Source: the human T2T-CHM13v2.0 reference genome, Homo sapiens
Direction: 5' to 3' (one strand)
DNA: 64,000 nucleotides
Assembly (NCBI RefSeq): GCF_009914755.1
Contig: NC_060929.1
The position numbers and the translations under genes are program-made. The notes under the pieces are model-generated. The model did no database searches, had not been told where the DNA came from, and saw only the letters and a program-made list of their open reading frames with translations. Positions 17,873 to 39,580 of this stretch are shown here, piece after piece (positions within the stretch are counted from its first letter, which is position 1; each line of letters starts with the position of its first letter).

Positions 17873-19287
17873 GTTTCAAGACTTGGCTTGAAACAGAAGC
17901 ATTGCCTCATAGACAGGACATTTTTATAGAAGAAACATCTCAGGGAATGGTAAAGAAAGAATCCATTAAGGATGGTCACTGGGACATTAACTTTGAAGAA
18001 GCTGTGGAATTTGAGAGCGAGATAGAAGAAGAGCAAGAGAAGAAACCTCTTAGACAAATGATAGATTCGCATGAGAAAACCATCAGTGAAGATGGAAACC
18101 ATACAAGTCTTGAATTGGGGAAAAGCTTATTTACAAATACAGCTCTTGTCACACAACAGAGTGTTCCTATAGAAAGGATACCCAATATGTATTATACATT
18201 TGGGAAAGATTTTAAACAGAATTTTGATCTCATGAAATGCTTCCAGATTTACCCAGGAGGAAAACCTCACATCTGTAATGAATGTGGGAAGAGCTTCAAG
18301 CAGAATCTGCATCTTATTGAACATCAGAGAATTCATACAGGTGAGAAACCCTACAAATGTAATGAGTGTGAAAAAACCTTCAGCCACAGATCATCCCTTC
18401 TTTCTCATCAGAGAATTCATACTGGAGAGAAACCTTACAAGTGTAATGAATGTGAGAAGGCATTTAGCAACAGTTCAACCCTTATCAAACATCTGAGAGT
18501 GCATACTGGAGAGAAACCGTATCGATGTAGGGAATGTGGTAAAGCCTTTAGCCAGTGTTCAACCCTCACTGTACATCAGAGAATTCATACTGGAGAGAAA
18601 CTCTATAAATGCGGCGAATGTGAGAAGGCCTTCAACTGTAGAGCAAAACTTCACAGGCATCAAAGAATCCATACAGGTGAGAAACCCTATAAATGTAGTG
18701 AGTGTGGGAAGGGATACAGCCAGTTTACATCTCTAGCTGAACATCAGAGGTTTCATACTGGAGAACAACTGTATACATGCTTGGAATGTGGGAGAACCTT
18801 CACACGTATTGTAACCCTTATCGAACATCAGCGAATTCACACTGGACAAAAACCTTATCAGTGCAACGAATGTGAGAAAGCCTTCAACCAGTATTCATCC
18901 TTTAATGAACATCGGAAAATTCATACTGGGGAAAAACTTTATACATGTGAGGAATGTGGGAAAGCCTTTGGTTGCAAATCTAACCTTTATAGGCATCAGA
19001 GAATTCATACTGGAGAGAAACCGTATCAGTGTAATCAGTGTGGAAAGGCCTTCAGCCAGTATTCATTTTTAACCGAACATGAGAGGATCCACACTGGAGA
19101 GAAACTGTATAAATGTATGGAATGTGGGAAAGCCTACAGTTACAGATCAAACCTTTGTAGACACAAAAAAGTTCACACGAAAGAGAAACTCTATAAGTGG
19201 AAGGAATATGGGAAACCTTTCATCTGCAGCTCCTCACTTACCCAGTATCAGAGATTTTTTAAAGGAGATAAAGCCTATGAGGTTTAG
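17873..19287 (+). CDS. ZNF354C: ZNF354C terminal coding exon: acidic spacer + 11 intact C2H2 fingers + degenerate finger
   Basis: ttttAG acceptor ending 17872; open frame to TAG 19285-19287; 11 CxxC-x12-HxxxH units with TGEKP-type linkers. The spliced CDS totals 554 aa and I recognise the sequence as ZNF354C (KID3). Confidence 0.97.
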
Positions 19288-22200
19288 TTCATCTCTCAAA
19301 TAATCCAAGACTTCTCACTGGGGAATAAGGGAATAATAAATAGGGTACAAACTCCTAATAGATTTGTCTTTTTTACTTCTCCTGAAGGAAATATGTTAGT
19401 TGCCACTAAGTCATGATAAAATTGATCAGTGAGACTATGAAGAGCACTGACTTGTTAAATTTTAAAAGAACCATAAATTCTAAGGTATCTAAAAACCTAT
19501 GAGTATTTAATTCATAGAAAAAATGTAAAAGGTCTTTTTAAAAATCATGAAAAATAGTTGAATATACATTTTGTTTCTCTCATAAGACCATATTCCCTTT
19601 AAAAGAGTAAGCTTCAATATGTGAATTTTCTTTTAAAAACAGTCACTGAGTTAATAATGTAAATAAGTGTGTGGCCTTCTTTAAAATAGCTGGCTAACAT
19701 AGGAGGCACTTCTTTTCATAAAGAGAAGCTAAACATAAAAAGGAATTTTAAATTTAACTCTTCACATGGAAATAATAAAGCTCTTTATATGAGCTGTCCC
19801 ACCAGCAACTTATATATGTAAACATACATATATACACATATGCATGTGTGTGTGTAAACATAAAAGTCCTTTATTATTAAAAAATGTAGTTTTATTGATT
19901 TAGAATTTAGTTCTTAAAATCTTGCCCAAAGGTAGACTCTCTTTCTTTTACTTTCTTCCATTATTTCTTAAATTGATGTGGTTTTATATAACTGAACAGA
20001 GTACTATTACAGTACCGTAGAAGGCGGATTAACTGAAGCAGCTGGAAAGACTGTCAAGCACATACTTTGTTATCTGTTGCAGAAGGGATGTATTTGGCAG
20101 AATCTCAGGCTGCATGTCTGGTAGCTCATTAGAGCCAGGAGAGATTTTAGTTTAATTATAGCCTTTCATTGTACTAACGAAGGATTTGAACTTAGTGAAC
20201 AGAGTCAAGACTAGAATCTAGGTCTTTGGTTCTGGTGTTTTGTGATCATTATAGGCTCGTTTCCAACCTGAGGTCCCAAGAGTACTATTTGTTTTGTAGC
20301 CTGGTTAGACATAGTTGCAGTAATTTAAAGTTACTGTGTTATCTTTAAGGGCTTCCTCTCACCTTAATCTTAATAATTGACTCACAACTATATTCTTTTT
20401 TCTTATGAGTCCCTAATTATGCCTGCTTTTGTTATAATTGTACTTAAATCCTTAAAGCTAGCTGAGGTCCAGATAGTGTAATTGCTTTTGGAGGCTTCAC
20501 ATATAAGGTTGCCTTCTTATTACACATATTTTAGGAATTAATTATTTTATGGAAAGTTATATATGAAGAGTTTATTATTAAGCATTCCTTTCATCAGTTT
20601 AAATGTTTAATTCCTCCCAGGCGTTTTTCCTCCAATTTTATATTTGATTTTTCATTCAATTCACAGTTGGTATCATTAAAAAAAATTCTAATACAATTAG
20701 CTAGACCTTCTGAGAAAAATGTTAGAATTAAACTCAAGCAGTCAGTATAGTATATTTCTTAACCGACTGGTTTTAGCTTATCAGAAAGTAATTATTTTAT
20801 GTATTTAAATACATTTACAAAGAAAATGAGGCTTTTAAACAGACCTCACTATTTAACATTGTACCCAGTAGTGGTGAGCATGCTTAGTACCCAAATTTTG
20901 GTTTCTAAATGCCATTCCCCACTAAAAGGAACCAGGGTTCCTTGGAGAAATGGCTGATTCCATGTTTGGAGCAGGGGAAGTGGGTGGTGTGGCTAAAATA
21001 CTTTTTATTAAGAAAATAAAATAAAAAGCAAGATAGTATTTGAAGACTAATGGGGTAATGTCAGAAGGGAACAGGCGCCAAGTTGAAGGTATTCTCACTG
21101 GCCAAATTTAGGACAACTTAGAATAATCACTCTTACTGGTGATAATACTAAGAAGGAAAAGAAGTTCATAATGATGAAAGTAGAGAAAAAAGAAAACTCT
21201 ATACAATTATTTGAAGAATGTCTTCTTTTAAATGTACATGGAATGATAGATTTGGAAAAATTACCATTTTACAACCCTTAATGTAATTAAATCTGGCAAA
21301 AATCGATGGTAAAACCCATTAAGTGGAAAAAATTTTAAGGAACTTTGTTTACAAGGTGTCAGAACATCACAGATATCTATTGCAAAAGAATTGCCTTTAC
21401 AGTGAGATTTGGCTATCAAACTGCATTTCACTACTTCTGGAATAAGCCAGCATTATGTGGCTCTTGATGGGATGCGGTATGAAGCATGTGTGATCATCCT
21501 TGATGTACTGCCGAAAATGTTTACCTCAAATTTAATTAAATCTTTTGTCTAGACTTATCTTCCTGTTTAAAGAAATACAGGAATAGAGGAACAAGTTGAA
21601 TTACACAGTATGGAAATAAATAGACAAGTCCAGAGTTGGTATAGGACAACTGGACTTTTTTTTATATATTTATTTTAAAATGGTTTTCTTAAATTTATTT
21701 TTTTAAACATAACACGAGGAAGCTGTTAAAACTGGTGTAATAGCTCAAAAGAACTAAGTATTCCAGATTTCGGGAGGGATGAAGAGGGAGATATTCAGAA
21801 ACCTTCACCAGATTCCTCCCAACTTGATCATAGTGGATTAATGACGTGCTTTGTGGATGTGGTTAGTCAATGACACCAGCTTGACGGATCTTTCTTTCTG
21901 CACCAAACCCCATTGAGTTATCTGGTCCCCTTGGCTGACGAAGAGCCATTAGGCGAGGATCACTGGCATCATCCAGGGTGATGTTCTTCAAGCGACTGAC
22001 CAACCGATCAGGTCGAGGAGCTGCAACAGCCTTGGGGCCCTCACAGACTCGCCAAACATTCCAGGCACTGCACTTGCCAGTGCGCTGATGAAGAATCACG
22101 GAGAACTCCACCTCATCTCCTGCCTGGAGCTCAAGGCCATCCTCAACTTCTTTCATATGGAAAAAGAGCTTCTTGCTATCCCCTACTTCATAGTTAATGA

Positions 22201-22850
22201 AGCCAAACTGATCTTGCACACATTCCACTGGCCCTACGCAGGGGTGTGATGTTGTAAGCCATAGTTTGTGCATTTTGGCCCTGGTCTGGACTTTTCAAAA
22301 AGCAAATGTAGTAAAACAAAAAGTGGTCTCTGCTAGATTAAGACAAGAGACATAACCAAATGGAAAGTGTGATCCTTTATTAGCTTCTGATTCATAAAAA
22401 AACCTATAAGAGACATTTGGGGGGATATTTGGGGAAATAGGAAGATGGAATGGGTAGTAGATAATGTGGTATATTTGATTTTTCTAGAAGTGATAATTGA
22501 GTTACGTAGGATAATGTTCTAATTCTTAGGAGATGCATGCAGAAGTTTTTTTTTTAAGTTTTGAAAAGTCATGATGTTGACAGCATATTTTCAAATAAAT
22601 ATGTACAAAATCAGTCAATTGTTTTTTGTGGTGGATCTATATGTGGTGGATGTTCATTGGTCATTTAAAACATTTTTCTATGTGTGTCAATTTTTAATAA
22701 AAATGCAAAAAGTGATTGGATAAAGAAGTGATGAATATTAATCTTTCAATCAGAATTCTCCATTTATATTCTTAGGAAGTTCCTGTTTGAGAGTTTATCC
22801 TCCAGGGATGTAATCATTGGCAATAAAGTAACTAGGTGGTACCAGTTCTC
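19288..22850 (+). other. ZNF354C: ZNF354C 3' UTR region with several candidate poly(A) signals
   Basis: AT-rich; AATAAA at 19335, 19774, 22696 and 22822; ATTAAA at 19876. Which site is used cannot be read from the sequence. Confidence 0.5.
21660..22281 (-). pseudogene. CSDE1: 5'-truncated processed retrocopy of CSDE1 (UNR): last cold-shock domain, C-terminal SUZ-C motif and ~200 nt of 3' UTR
   Basis: ORF 21863-22273 reads [19 protein letters not shown]...[26 protein letters not shown], the CSDE1 C-terminus. It is intronless, has minus-strand AATAAA at 21694-21699 and 21669-21674 and a short A tail, and is flanked by the direct repeat ctggactttt at 21650-21659 and 22286-22295. Confidence 0.95.
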
Positions 22851-23839
22851 CTTTAAATGGAATGAGCATGTTCCACTTTATCTCTCATGCTAAATGTAAC
22901 TAAGGCATGGAGCAGCTGTCTGGGGACCCTCAAAAGTAATGATTGATAACAACAGGCAGATTTGGGAAGGAAACTAGAATTTGAAACAAGATCATTGTGG
23001 CGCTCCTGGGCATTCCTGTGGTGAGGACAGAGATGGCTGAGCAGGCATCTAAACCTCAGAGTTAGGAACCCTTCACTCTGGGCAGAGGATTTGTGAGCCA
23101 AAAAGGGTTAGGAGACTCCCCATTGCTTTTCTTCCCTATCTATCTTCCTGCTACTTGGACCTGGAGGTGATGTATCCATGAGGTGTGTAGCAGAGAGGAG
23201 AACCTAAACCCTTGGATTTCTAACCTGAAGATCAGGAAGAGGAAGTGGCTCCTGAGAGGTGGAAGGTGTCAAGGTGGTGACAAAGATAAGGAAGGTCAAG
23301 AAAGTGATTTCATAACAGTTGTTTATGCAATCTGGGGCTCTCCCCTGGTCTATACATATATAGGTCTGACCCGATAATTGTTTGGGTCTGACACTGGGCA
23401 AAGATCCAAATAGCACTGAGAATACTTAGAAAACTGGACTGACATTAGAACCACAGCCCACAGGAGATGGATTGGAACTGGTCACCAAGACTTAGCCAGT
23501 TAAATTGCCTGCTGGAAAAAATACCCTAACATTTTCTGGAAGAATTAAATACCCAGAGGCTCGTAATATTCAAAATGTCCAAGATGCAATGCAGAATCAC
23601 GTGAAATACATGAGTCAGGAAATTTTCAACAATTCAAAGACAACAGACACTAACCCCAAGATGACACAGATGTTGGAATTATGAGACAAAGACTTTAGAT
23701 ATTATAACACTGTTTCAGAAAGTGACCATTCCAGAAATTGATGGAAATGTCAAATTTTTCAGCAGGAAAATAGTAATTTGACTCACTTCTAATAAATAGA
23801 ATATGATAGAAGTGATGTGATGTCACTTAAAATATTTGG

Positions 23840-24720
23840 TTATGAGAAGACTGTGGCTTCTGCATAGGCATGTGCTCTCTTGAATCACTTGTCCTTTCAG
23901 AAACCAGTTGCCTTATCGTGAGGACACGGCCTGTGGAGAGTTCCATGTAGTAAGTAACTGAAGCCCATGGCCCACAGCCAGCAACAAACTTTGGCCTTCT
24001 AGCAACCATGTGAGTGAGCTTAGAAGTGGATCCTCTCTTGCCTGAGCCTTCAAATAGGACTGCAGCCACAGCCAACTACTTGCCTGTAACCTCATGTGAG
24101 ACGCTGAGCCAGAAAGACCTAGCTAAACCACTCACTTCTGGCTTCTTAACCCCCAGAAACTCTGGGTTAGTACGTGTTTTAACTGGTAGGTTTTGGGGTA
24201 ATTTGTTATGCAGCAACAGATAACTGATACAGAACTTGGTACTTGGAGGTGGGCAGCTGCCATAATGAAAACCCAAAATATGGGAGGGGTTTTGGAACTT
24301 GGCAGTGGGTGTTAAGTAGGCATGCGCTGGTAAAAACCTCAAGTGCTTTGAAGAAACTATAGCAGCATCATGTCTGACAAGGCTGTAGATGAGGACTTCT
24401 AGAAGAGTGAGGTAAATGTTATTGGAAAACTGGAGGAAGGAAGAACTTACGTAGTGGCAGACTGAAAGTAAAACATGTGCCTAATATGATCTCACTAGAG
24501 AGATTTCCTGACCGAGTGTTGCAGGTGCCATCTGGCTTCTTGATTATGGTAACATATAAGGAGAGATTAAAAACTATAGGAAAGACCATTAAACAAAAAG
24601 GATCCAGGGCTTCATGGTTTTGGAGATAATCTCATCAAGACAACAGGATTTGCTAAAATTAAGAAATCACTTCTCAGCAAAGATCAAATTTAGAGAACTC
24701 CTTGGAAAACACCCTCCAAT
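23840..24720 (+). mobile_element. MLT1-type LTR followed by MaLR internal sequence
   Basis: caaccatgtgagtgagcttagaagtggatcct...taatttgttatgcagcaacagataactgataca|gaacttggtac. Confidence 0.7.
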
Positions 24721-24744
24721 GATGAAGCTCCTTATAGTATTTAA

Positions 24745-25420
24745 TAAAAATTAATAAAAAGTTGACAAAGATGTGGAAAAATTGGAACCTTCACACACTG
24801 CTGGTGGGAGTATAAAATGGTGCAGCCTCTTTGGAAAACAGACTGGAATTTACTTCAAAGATTAAATATAGAGTTACCATGTGACTTAGCAATTCCACTC
24901 CTAAATTTATACCCAAGAGAAATGAAAACAAGCATTTATATATGTACATGAATGTTCATAGCAGCATTATTCATAATAGAAAGTGGAGACAACCCAGTGT
25001 TCATCAGCTGATGAGTGAGTAGGCAAAATGTGGCACATTTGTATAATGAAATGTTGTTTGTCAATAAAAAGAAATAAAACACTGATAAATGCTACAACAT
25101 GGATCAACCTTGAAAACGTGCTGGGTGAAGGAAGCCAGTAACAAAGGACCACATATCGTATGGTTCCATTTATGTGTGATTTTCAGAATAAGCAAATCTG
25201 TAGAGACAGAAAGTAAATTATTGATCTCCAAGGGCTTTAGAGAGTTGGAGAAAATGTGGGGTGACTGCTAATGGATGTGGAGTTTCTTTTTGGAATGATG
25301 AAAATTTTCTAAAATCATGCTAATTATCGCGCAACTCTGAATATATACTACAAGGCTTTTGGACTGTACACTTTATATGGGCGAATTGCATGGTGTGTGA
25401 GTTCTATCTCAATAAAGTTT
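24745..25420 (+). mobile_element. L1MB-type 3' end
   Basis: gatgtggaaaaattggaacc...gcaaatctgtagagacagaaagta...tatctcaataaag. Confidence 0.8.
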
Positions 25421-25434
25421 ATTGTAAACAACCT

Positions 25435-26990
<1,556 letters not shown>

Positions 26991-27384
26991 AGATGAGTCG
27001 GGAGTATTGAGGGCTCCCTTTTGTTTCCCTTCACTTGAGGATTAGAGTTCTGTATTGCACGTTGTCCATTATCTGGAAAAAAAATATTTTTTTCTAGATG
27101 TACGGTTTCTTTCTCTTGGATAGGCTAGTCTAGTAACAGTTTCTCAGTCATGGGTGGTAGTGTACATATACAGAAATAATCCTTAAATTACAATTTTGAT
27201 AAATGCTATTAAGGAAAACTACAGGCTATTATAAGAGCATTCAATAGATATGTGTCTACTCCAGAGCATGGTATGAGGTTAGAGTGTGCTTTTTTGAGTA
27301 AGTATCATTAGGCAGAGATCTTGGGGCAGTTGAGAAACAGGACTCGTTGCAGGCAGACAGAAGAGTGCATAAGAAGGCGCTGTT

Positions 27385-28760
27385 CGTTTTTTTCCCATTC
27401 TTTTTCACCTTTGCATTCCAGTTTCTACAGACGTATCTTCAGGCTCACTGATTCTTCCCTTGGCTCTGTCTGGTCTACTGATGAGCCCACCAAAGGCATT
27501 CTTCATTTTGTTAGCATTTTTCATTTCCAGCATTTTCTTTTCTTTTTTAGAGTTTCCATTCTCTTTTTATATTACCCATCAATTATTGCATATTGTCTAT
27601 GTATTCAGTTAGAGCCCTTAATATATTAATTATTGTTATTTTAACTTCGCCATCTGACAACTCCAAAATCTGTGTCATATCTGAGTCTGATTCAGATGCT
27701 TGCTTTATCTCTTCAGACTGTATTTTTTCTTGCCTTTTAGCATGTTGTGTAATTTTTTGTTGAGAGCTGAGCATGCTGTATCTGGTAATAGGAACTGAGG
27801 TAATCAGACTTTTACTGTGAGCTTTCATGTGAATCTCTAGGAGCAAGGCTGTGCTCAATGTTTGCTGTAGCTACAGGTGCCATAGGCATCAGTTCCCTCT
27901 AGTTTCCGTGTGTGTGTGTGTGTGTGTGTTTTGTTTTATTTATTGCTTTCCTATTGTCTTTGGGATCCCTAAGAATTCCTTCTTAAGTAGAGTATGTTTA
28001 AGAAGAATTGCTTCTTAAAGGGAGTCCTGCACCTCTCTTAGTTGCAATCCACTGTCATTCTTCTGGAGTCCTACTGATATAATAGTGCAGTGTTGAGGAG
28101 AGGAGGTATATAATAATCCATAATCTTACGAATAAATCTCAGGTTTTTCATGGGTTTCAGTCCCTGCGCTGTGTGATCTTCAGAGGCATTTGTTAGCTTT
28201 TTTTCCATTCCTCGGTGAGAGGGTGGAGCTGTCTAATTGCGTTTCTCCCAGGTCAGAAAAATTTCTAGTAAAGTATTGCTCTTGAGGGCAAGCCTTTGTT
28301 TCAGAGAACACCCTGGGCATATTTCAAAATGGTAACTTTCCCCAGGCATATTTCAAAATGGTTACTTTTCTCCTACCCCTGCCAGAAGCACAAAGGGATT
28401 TTTCTCTGATTTCACTGAGAACCCAGTGGGGTTCCTGGAGGTAAACCCCCATAAAACTGTGGCCCCAGTCTTACTCTCAAGCCAGTCCATGATCTGCCTC
28501 CCACAATGTGTCAGTCACCATGTAAGTGTTCCTACCAGTTACTGGCTCCAGAAGCTTCTGCTCCTGGTAAGCTGGTCTTGCCTGTGATTCTCTGTATCCA
28601 CCTACTTCTCCAGTTTTCAGGGTGGCAGTGTGTCCTGTGACCTCAGCTATCTGATGGATCTAAGAGGAATCGCTGGTTTTCAGTTTGTTTACCTTTTTGC
28701 TTGTGGTGAGGATGTGAGTGATGCCTTCCAAGCTCTCTACATGTTTCTAAGCTGGAGCTG
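27385..28760 (-). mobile_element. Old L1M 5' region fragment containing (TG)n at ~27908-27929
   Basis: ctcactgattcttccc...ctactgatgagccca; tctgtgtcatatctgagtctg. Confidence 0.6.
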
Positions 28761-29752
28761 GAAGCCTCTCTCCTTAGCTGAGGGTTTGGAAGTGGTGGAA
28801 GGGTATATCTGATTAGTCTGCACTTCTTTCCATCAACTTCTCCTTGTAATTGGCTTAAAGGCTATGCTGTTAGATACAGCTGACGTCATCTAGCCTGGGC
28901 TTTTGCTGATAATGTCTGGGTAAATGTGGCAGACAGAGATCATCCCAAAGCAATGTGTGGGAGGAAGAAATGTATAAGCCATAAACTCTTCTCCAACGCC
29001 ATCTTCTCATTGCAGTGTCTGGCTGCTCCAGACCTGAGTTTTGTAAAAAAAACAAAACAAAAAGACACAACACACACACACACACACACACCCCAAAATA
29101 TTTTGCCACAGGCCAACTTGCACCAGTTCAAATCGGCTTTCTCAGGCATTCTCATAGTATTTATATTGATTCATCATATCAATAATCCCACCTCATTTTG
29201 GGAGGTTCTCCAGAGTTAATGTGGGGAGAGAGAAACTCATGCTATTTCACCATCTTGTATGGAAACCAATAGGTTTAAAATTAAACCTTCCTTGATTTCT
29301 GGGAATCTAACTTAGTGTGGCACTTCACCTTTTTATCCACAAATGGATATAGTCTACTGATATTGGGGTTAGGAATTTTGCATCCATGCCATTTTTTTTG
29401 TGTTTTCCTTCTGGTCCTTATCTAATTTTGCCATTAGAGTCATGACATCATGGAATAAATTGAGAAGTGCTTCCTTTCCCCACTATTAACTAGAAGAGTT
29501 TATATAACAGAATTATCTACTTCATGAATGGTAGCATTTGTCTACTAACATTCTAAGCCTGGTATTTTCTTTGTGGAAATATTTTAAATTTCAAATTTGA
29601 TTCTTCTTTTTATGACTATAATTCTATCAGATTTTCTAGTTCTTCTTGTGTAAATTTTATTTTTCTAAGAATTTTTTCATCTTATTTCCATTTTTTGGCA
29701 TGAACTTGTTTATATTATTTTTTTCATTAACCTTCTAACTTCTACTCCATGA

Positions 29753-30126
<374 letters not shown>

Positions 30127-30849
30127 AGTTCTGTTCCTTATTTCCAAAGTTTTTGTGTATGCATCTGTCTTTTATTCTTCATCAACATTACCAGAAGTTT
30201 GTAAATACTAAGTCAACTTTTGGCTTTGTTAATCCTTTATAAGTTTTTTTTATAATTAAATTCCATGCTTAATAAACTTGGCTTTTTATTTCCTTCTAAT
30301 TTCTTTGGTTTTGTTCTATTATATAGCTCATTAATTAATTTTCAAACCTTTTTTCTAATTTTTGTATCAAGATTATAAGTACTTCCAAGCACTTTCCTGA
30401 GTAAATTTCATACTATTTTATTTTTCAGTCAGCTTTCTCAGATTGAATCACAAGTTTTGCTCTATGATATTCGGTTAGGAGTATTTTCTGTTTTGTTTTG
30501 GTCACATTAAAAAGTTTAGTGATATGCTTAGTTTGTTCAGGTTGTGCATATAGCATTTAATATGAGGAATATAATTTCATAAATTTTATTTCATTACAAT
30601 TACAAACAGATAAAGAATTATGAAATAACATTTCCCTAAGTTAATTTACCTGTGAACACACTTTCAGTGATCAATGTGATATATCTGTAAGTCTTTAATT
30701 TTTCCTATGTTTTACTTGCTTTGCTTATATTTGTTGAAATATCATTTTATACCTGCATATAACAAAAGTTTGGGAAAAATCGGGCATGCTTTTTGTTTTC
30801 GATTTCATTTTTCTTTAATAATACACTTATTTATTCTTATTTCACAATT

Positions 30850-36390
<5,541 letters not shown>

Positions 36391-37393
36391 CAGAATTTTC
36401 TAATTTTCAATGTTTTTTTGACCTGTGATTTATTTAGAGGTATGATTTTTAAATTTCAAAAATATATTTTAGCTAAATTTTAAAATATTGATTTCTAATT
36501 TAATTTTGTAGTTAAGTTACATTAAGTAAAAAATCATTTCAATTTATTATTATTCTTTAATTGTCCAATATGTTGTCAGTTGTCATAAATATTTTGTATG
36601 TGTTTGAAAAGAATGTGAGTTGTTCAATTGTTGGAGGCTCAGAGATATATGTGTTTTCCTTAGATCAAGCTTGTTTGTTGTATTATTCAAATTATATATT
36701 ATTATTTTTTCTGCTGAGCTATCAATTACTGAGAGACATGTTAAACTTTTTCCCTAGGATGGAGGCTTTGTCAATTTCTCCTTGAGGTTATGACAACTTT
36801 TGATATATTAACCAGGTTAATTGAACTTTGATATCTTTATAATATTTATTTCATGACCCTTGTCTATCCAGTAATTTTTTTTTGCCTGAAAATCAAAAGC
36901 CCTGTATATACAGAATTATGGTGATATATATTAGAAACACTGTAGTTTAAATTGCTTTAGAAATAAGGAAGAAACTGCCACATTTGGGAACTTTGCTAGG
37001 AATTTAAATGCCTATTCTCTTTCACCACTAAAACTTTGTGTTACGGGTTTGTCACACATTATTGGAAATGGCACTTAGTCTAATTCCAATTGTTAGAAAT
37101 AGACAATTTTATATTAAAAGTTGAAATATAGGTTCCAGAAATTTCTGATTTGATAATTTAGGCCAAATATCCTGCTGAAAACAGCTAAAAAGGCAAACGG
37201 CTGAGCAAGAAAAAAAAAATGGCTGAAAGGTGAGGAGGGGATTGGAATTCAGAGAGGCGAGCCATAGCCACTAGAAAACTTAAACAATCATATGAACCAA
37301 CTTGACCTAACTGACACCCCCAGAGCACTTTAGCCAACAACAGCAGACTACGCATTATTTTCAACACATACAAACCACATACCAGACCATTTA

Positions 37394-37785
<392 letters not shown>

Positions 37786-38011
37786 TTGGGACATACCCAA
37801 GTATTTTGAAAATTAAAAACAATTTTTAATCCACGAGTAGAAGAGCAAACTAACCCAAAGCAAGAAGAAGAATATATTAAGGATTCAAATGAAAATCAGT
37901 GCAGTAGAAAATAGAAAAACAGGAGAGAAAAATCAGTGAAACAAAAAGTTGCTTCTTTGAAAAGACCAGCAAGATTGAAAAACCTTTAGCTAACGTAAGA
38001 AAAAAGGTAAA

Positions 38012-38313
<302 letters not shown>

Positions 38314-39247
38314 AAGAAAAAAGGTAAAAAAACACAAATGCATAAATAACGAGTGAATATGGGGATGTCATTACTGACCCTACAACAGTTGAAAGGATTA
38401 TAAGGGAATACCAGGAATAATTGTATGGCAACAAATCAGATAACTCAAATGAAACAGAAATTTCTAGAAAGACACAAACTACCAAAAGTGATTCAAGAAG
38501 AAGAAATATAAAATCTTAATAGACTTATAATAAGCAAAAAAAAACCCACAAAAAACTGAATTCATAATATAAAATCTGGCCACAAAGAAAAGCCTGGGCC
38601 AGAGGTGTTCACTGGTGGTCTATCAAACATTTAAGACAGAGGTAATATCAATTCTTCACAAACTCTTCCAGTAGAAGGAATAGGAAGAACCACTTCCCAA
38701 TTTATTCTATGAGGCCAGTATTACCCTGAAACCAAAGCCAAAGACATCATGAGAAAACTACAGAATAGAGGTACAAATGCCCTTAACAAAAGATTAGCGA
38801 AACAACTTCAGGAACAGAGAAAAAGAATTATATACCATGACCAAGTGGGATGTATCTGTGGAATGCAAGGTTGATTTAACATTTGAAAATCAATTAATAT
38901 AATAGACAATATTAATAGGAGAAAGGACAAAATTTATGTGATTATCTCATTAGATACAAAAAAGATATTCAATAAAATCCAATACCCATTCATGATAAAA
39001 AAAAAACTCTCAATAAATTAGGAATAGAAGGCACCTTCCTCAGTCTAATAAAGTGCATCTCTAAGAAGCTTACAGCTAACATCATACTTAATGGTGAAAT
39101 ACTGCATGCTTTTCCTATACGATGAGGAATAAGGCAAGCATGTTTGCTCTTGCCATTTCTAGTCAGCATTGTAGGGAAGTTCTAGCCAGTCCAATAATAA
39201 AAAAGAAGGCAGTCCAGACTGAAAAAAGATAAATAAAACTGTATTTA

Positions 39248-39580
<333 letters not shown>

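Noticed and set aside
18260-19190. 84-bp periodic repeats resembling a repeat-spacer array
   Set aside because: These are C2H2 zinc-finger codon repeats (HTGEKPY linkers), not CRISPR.
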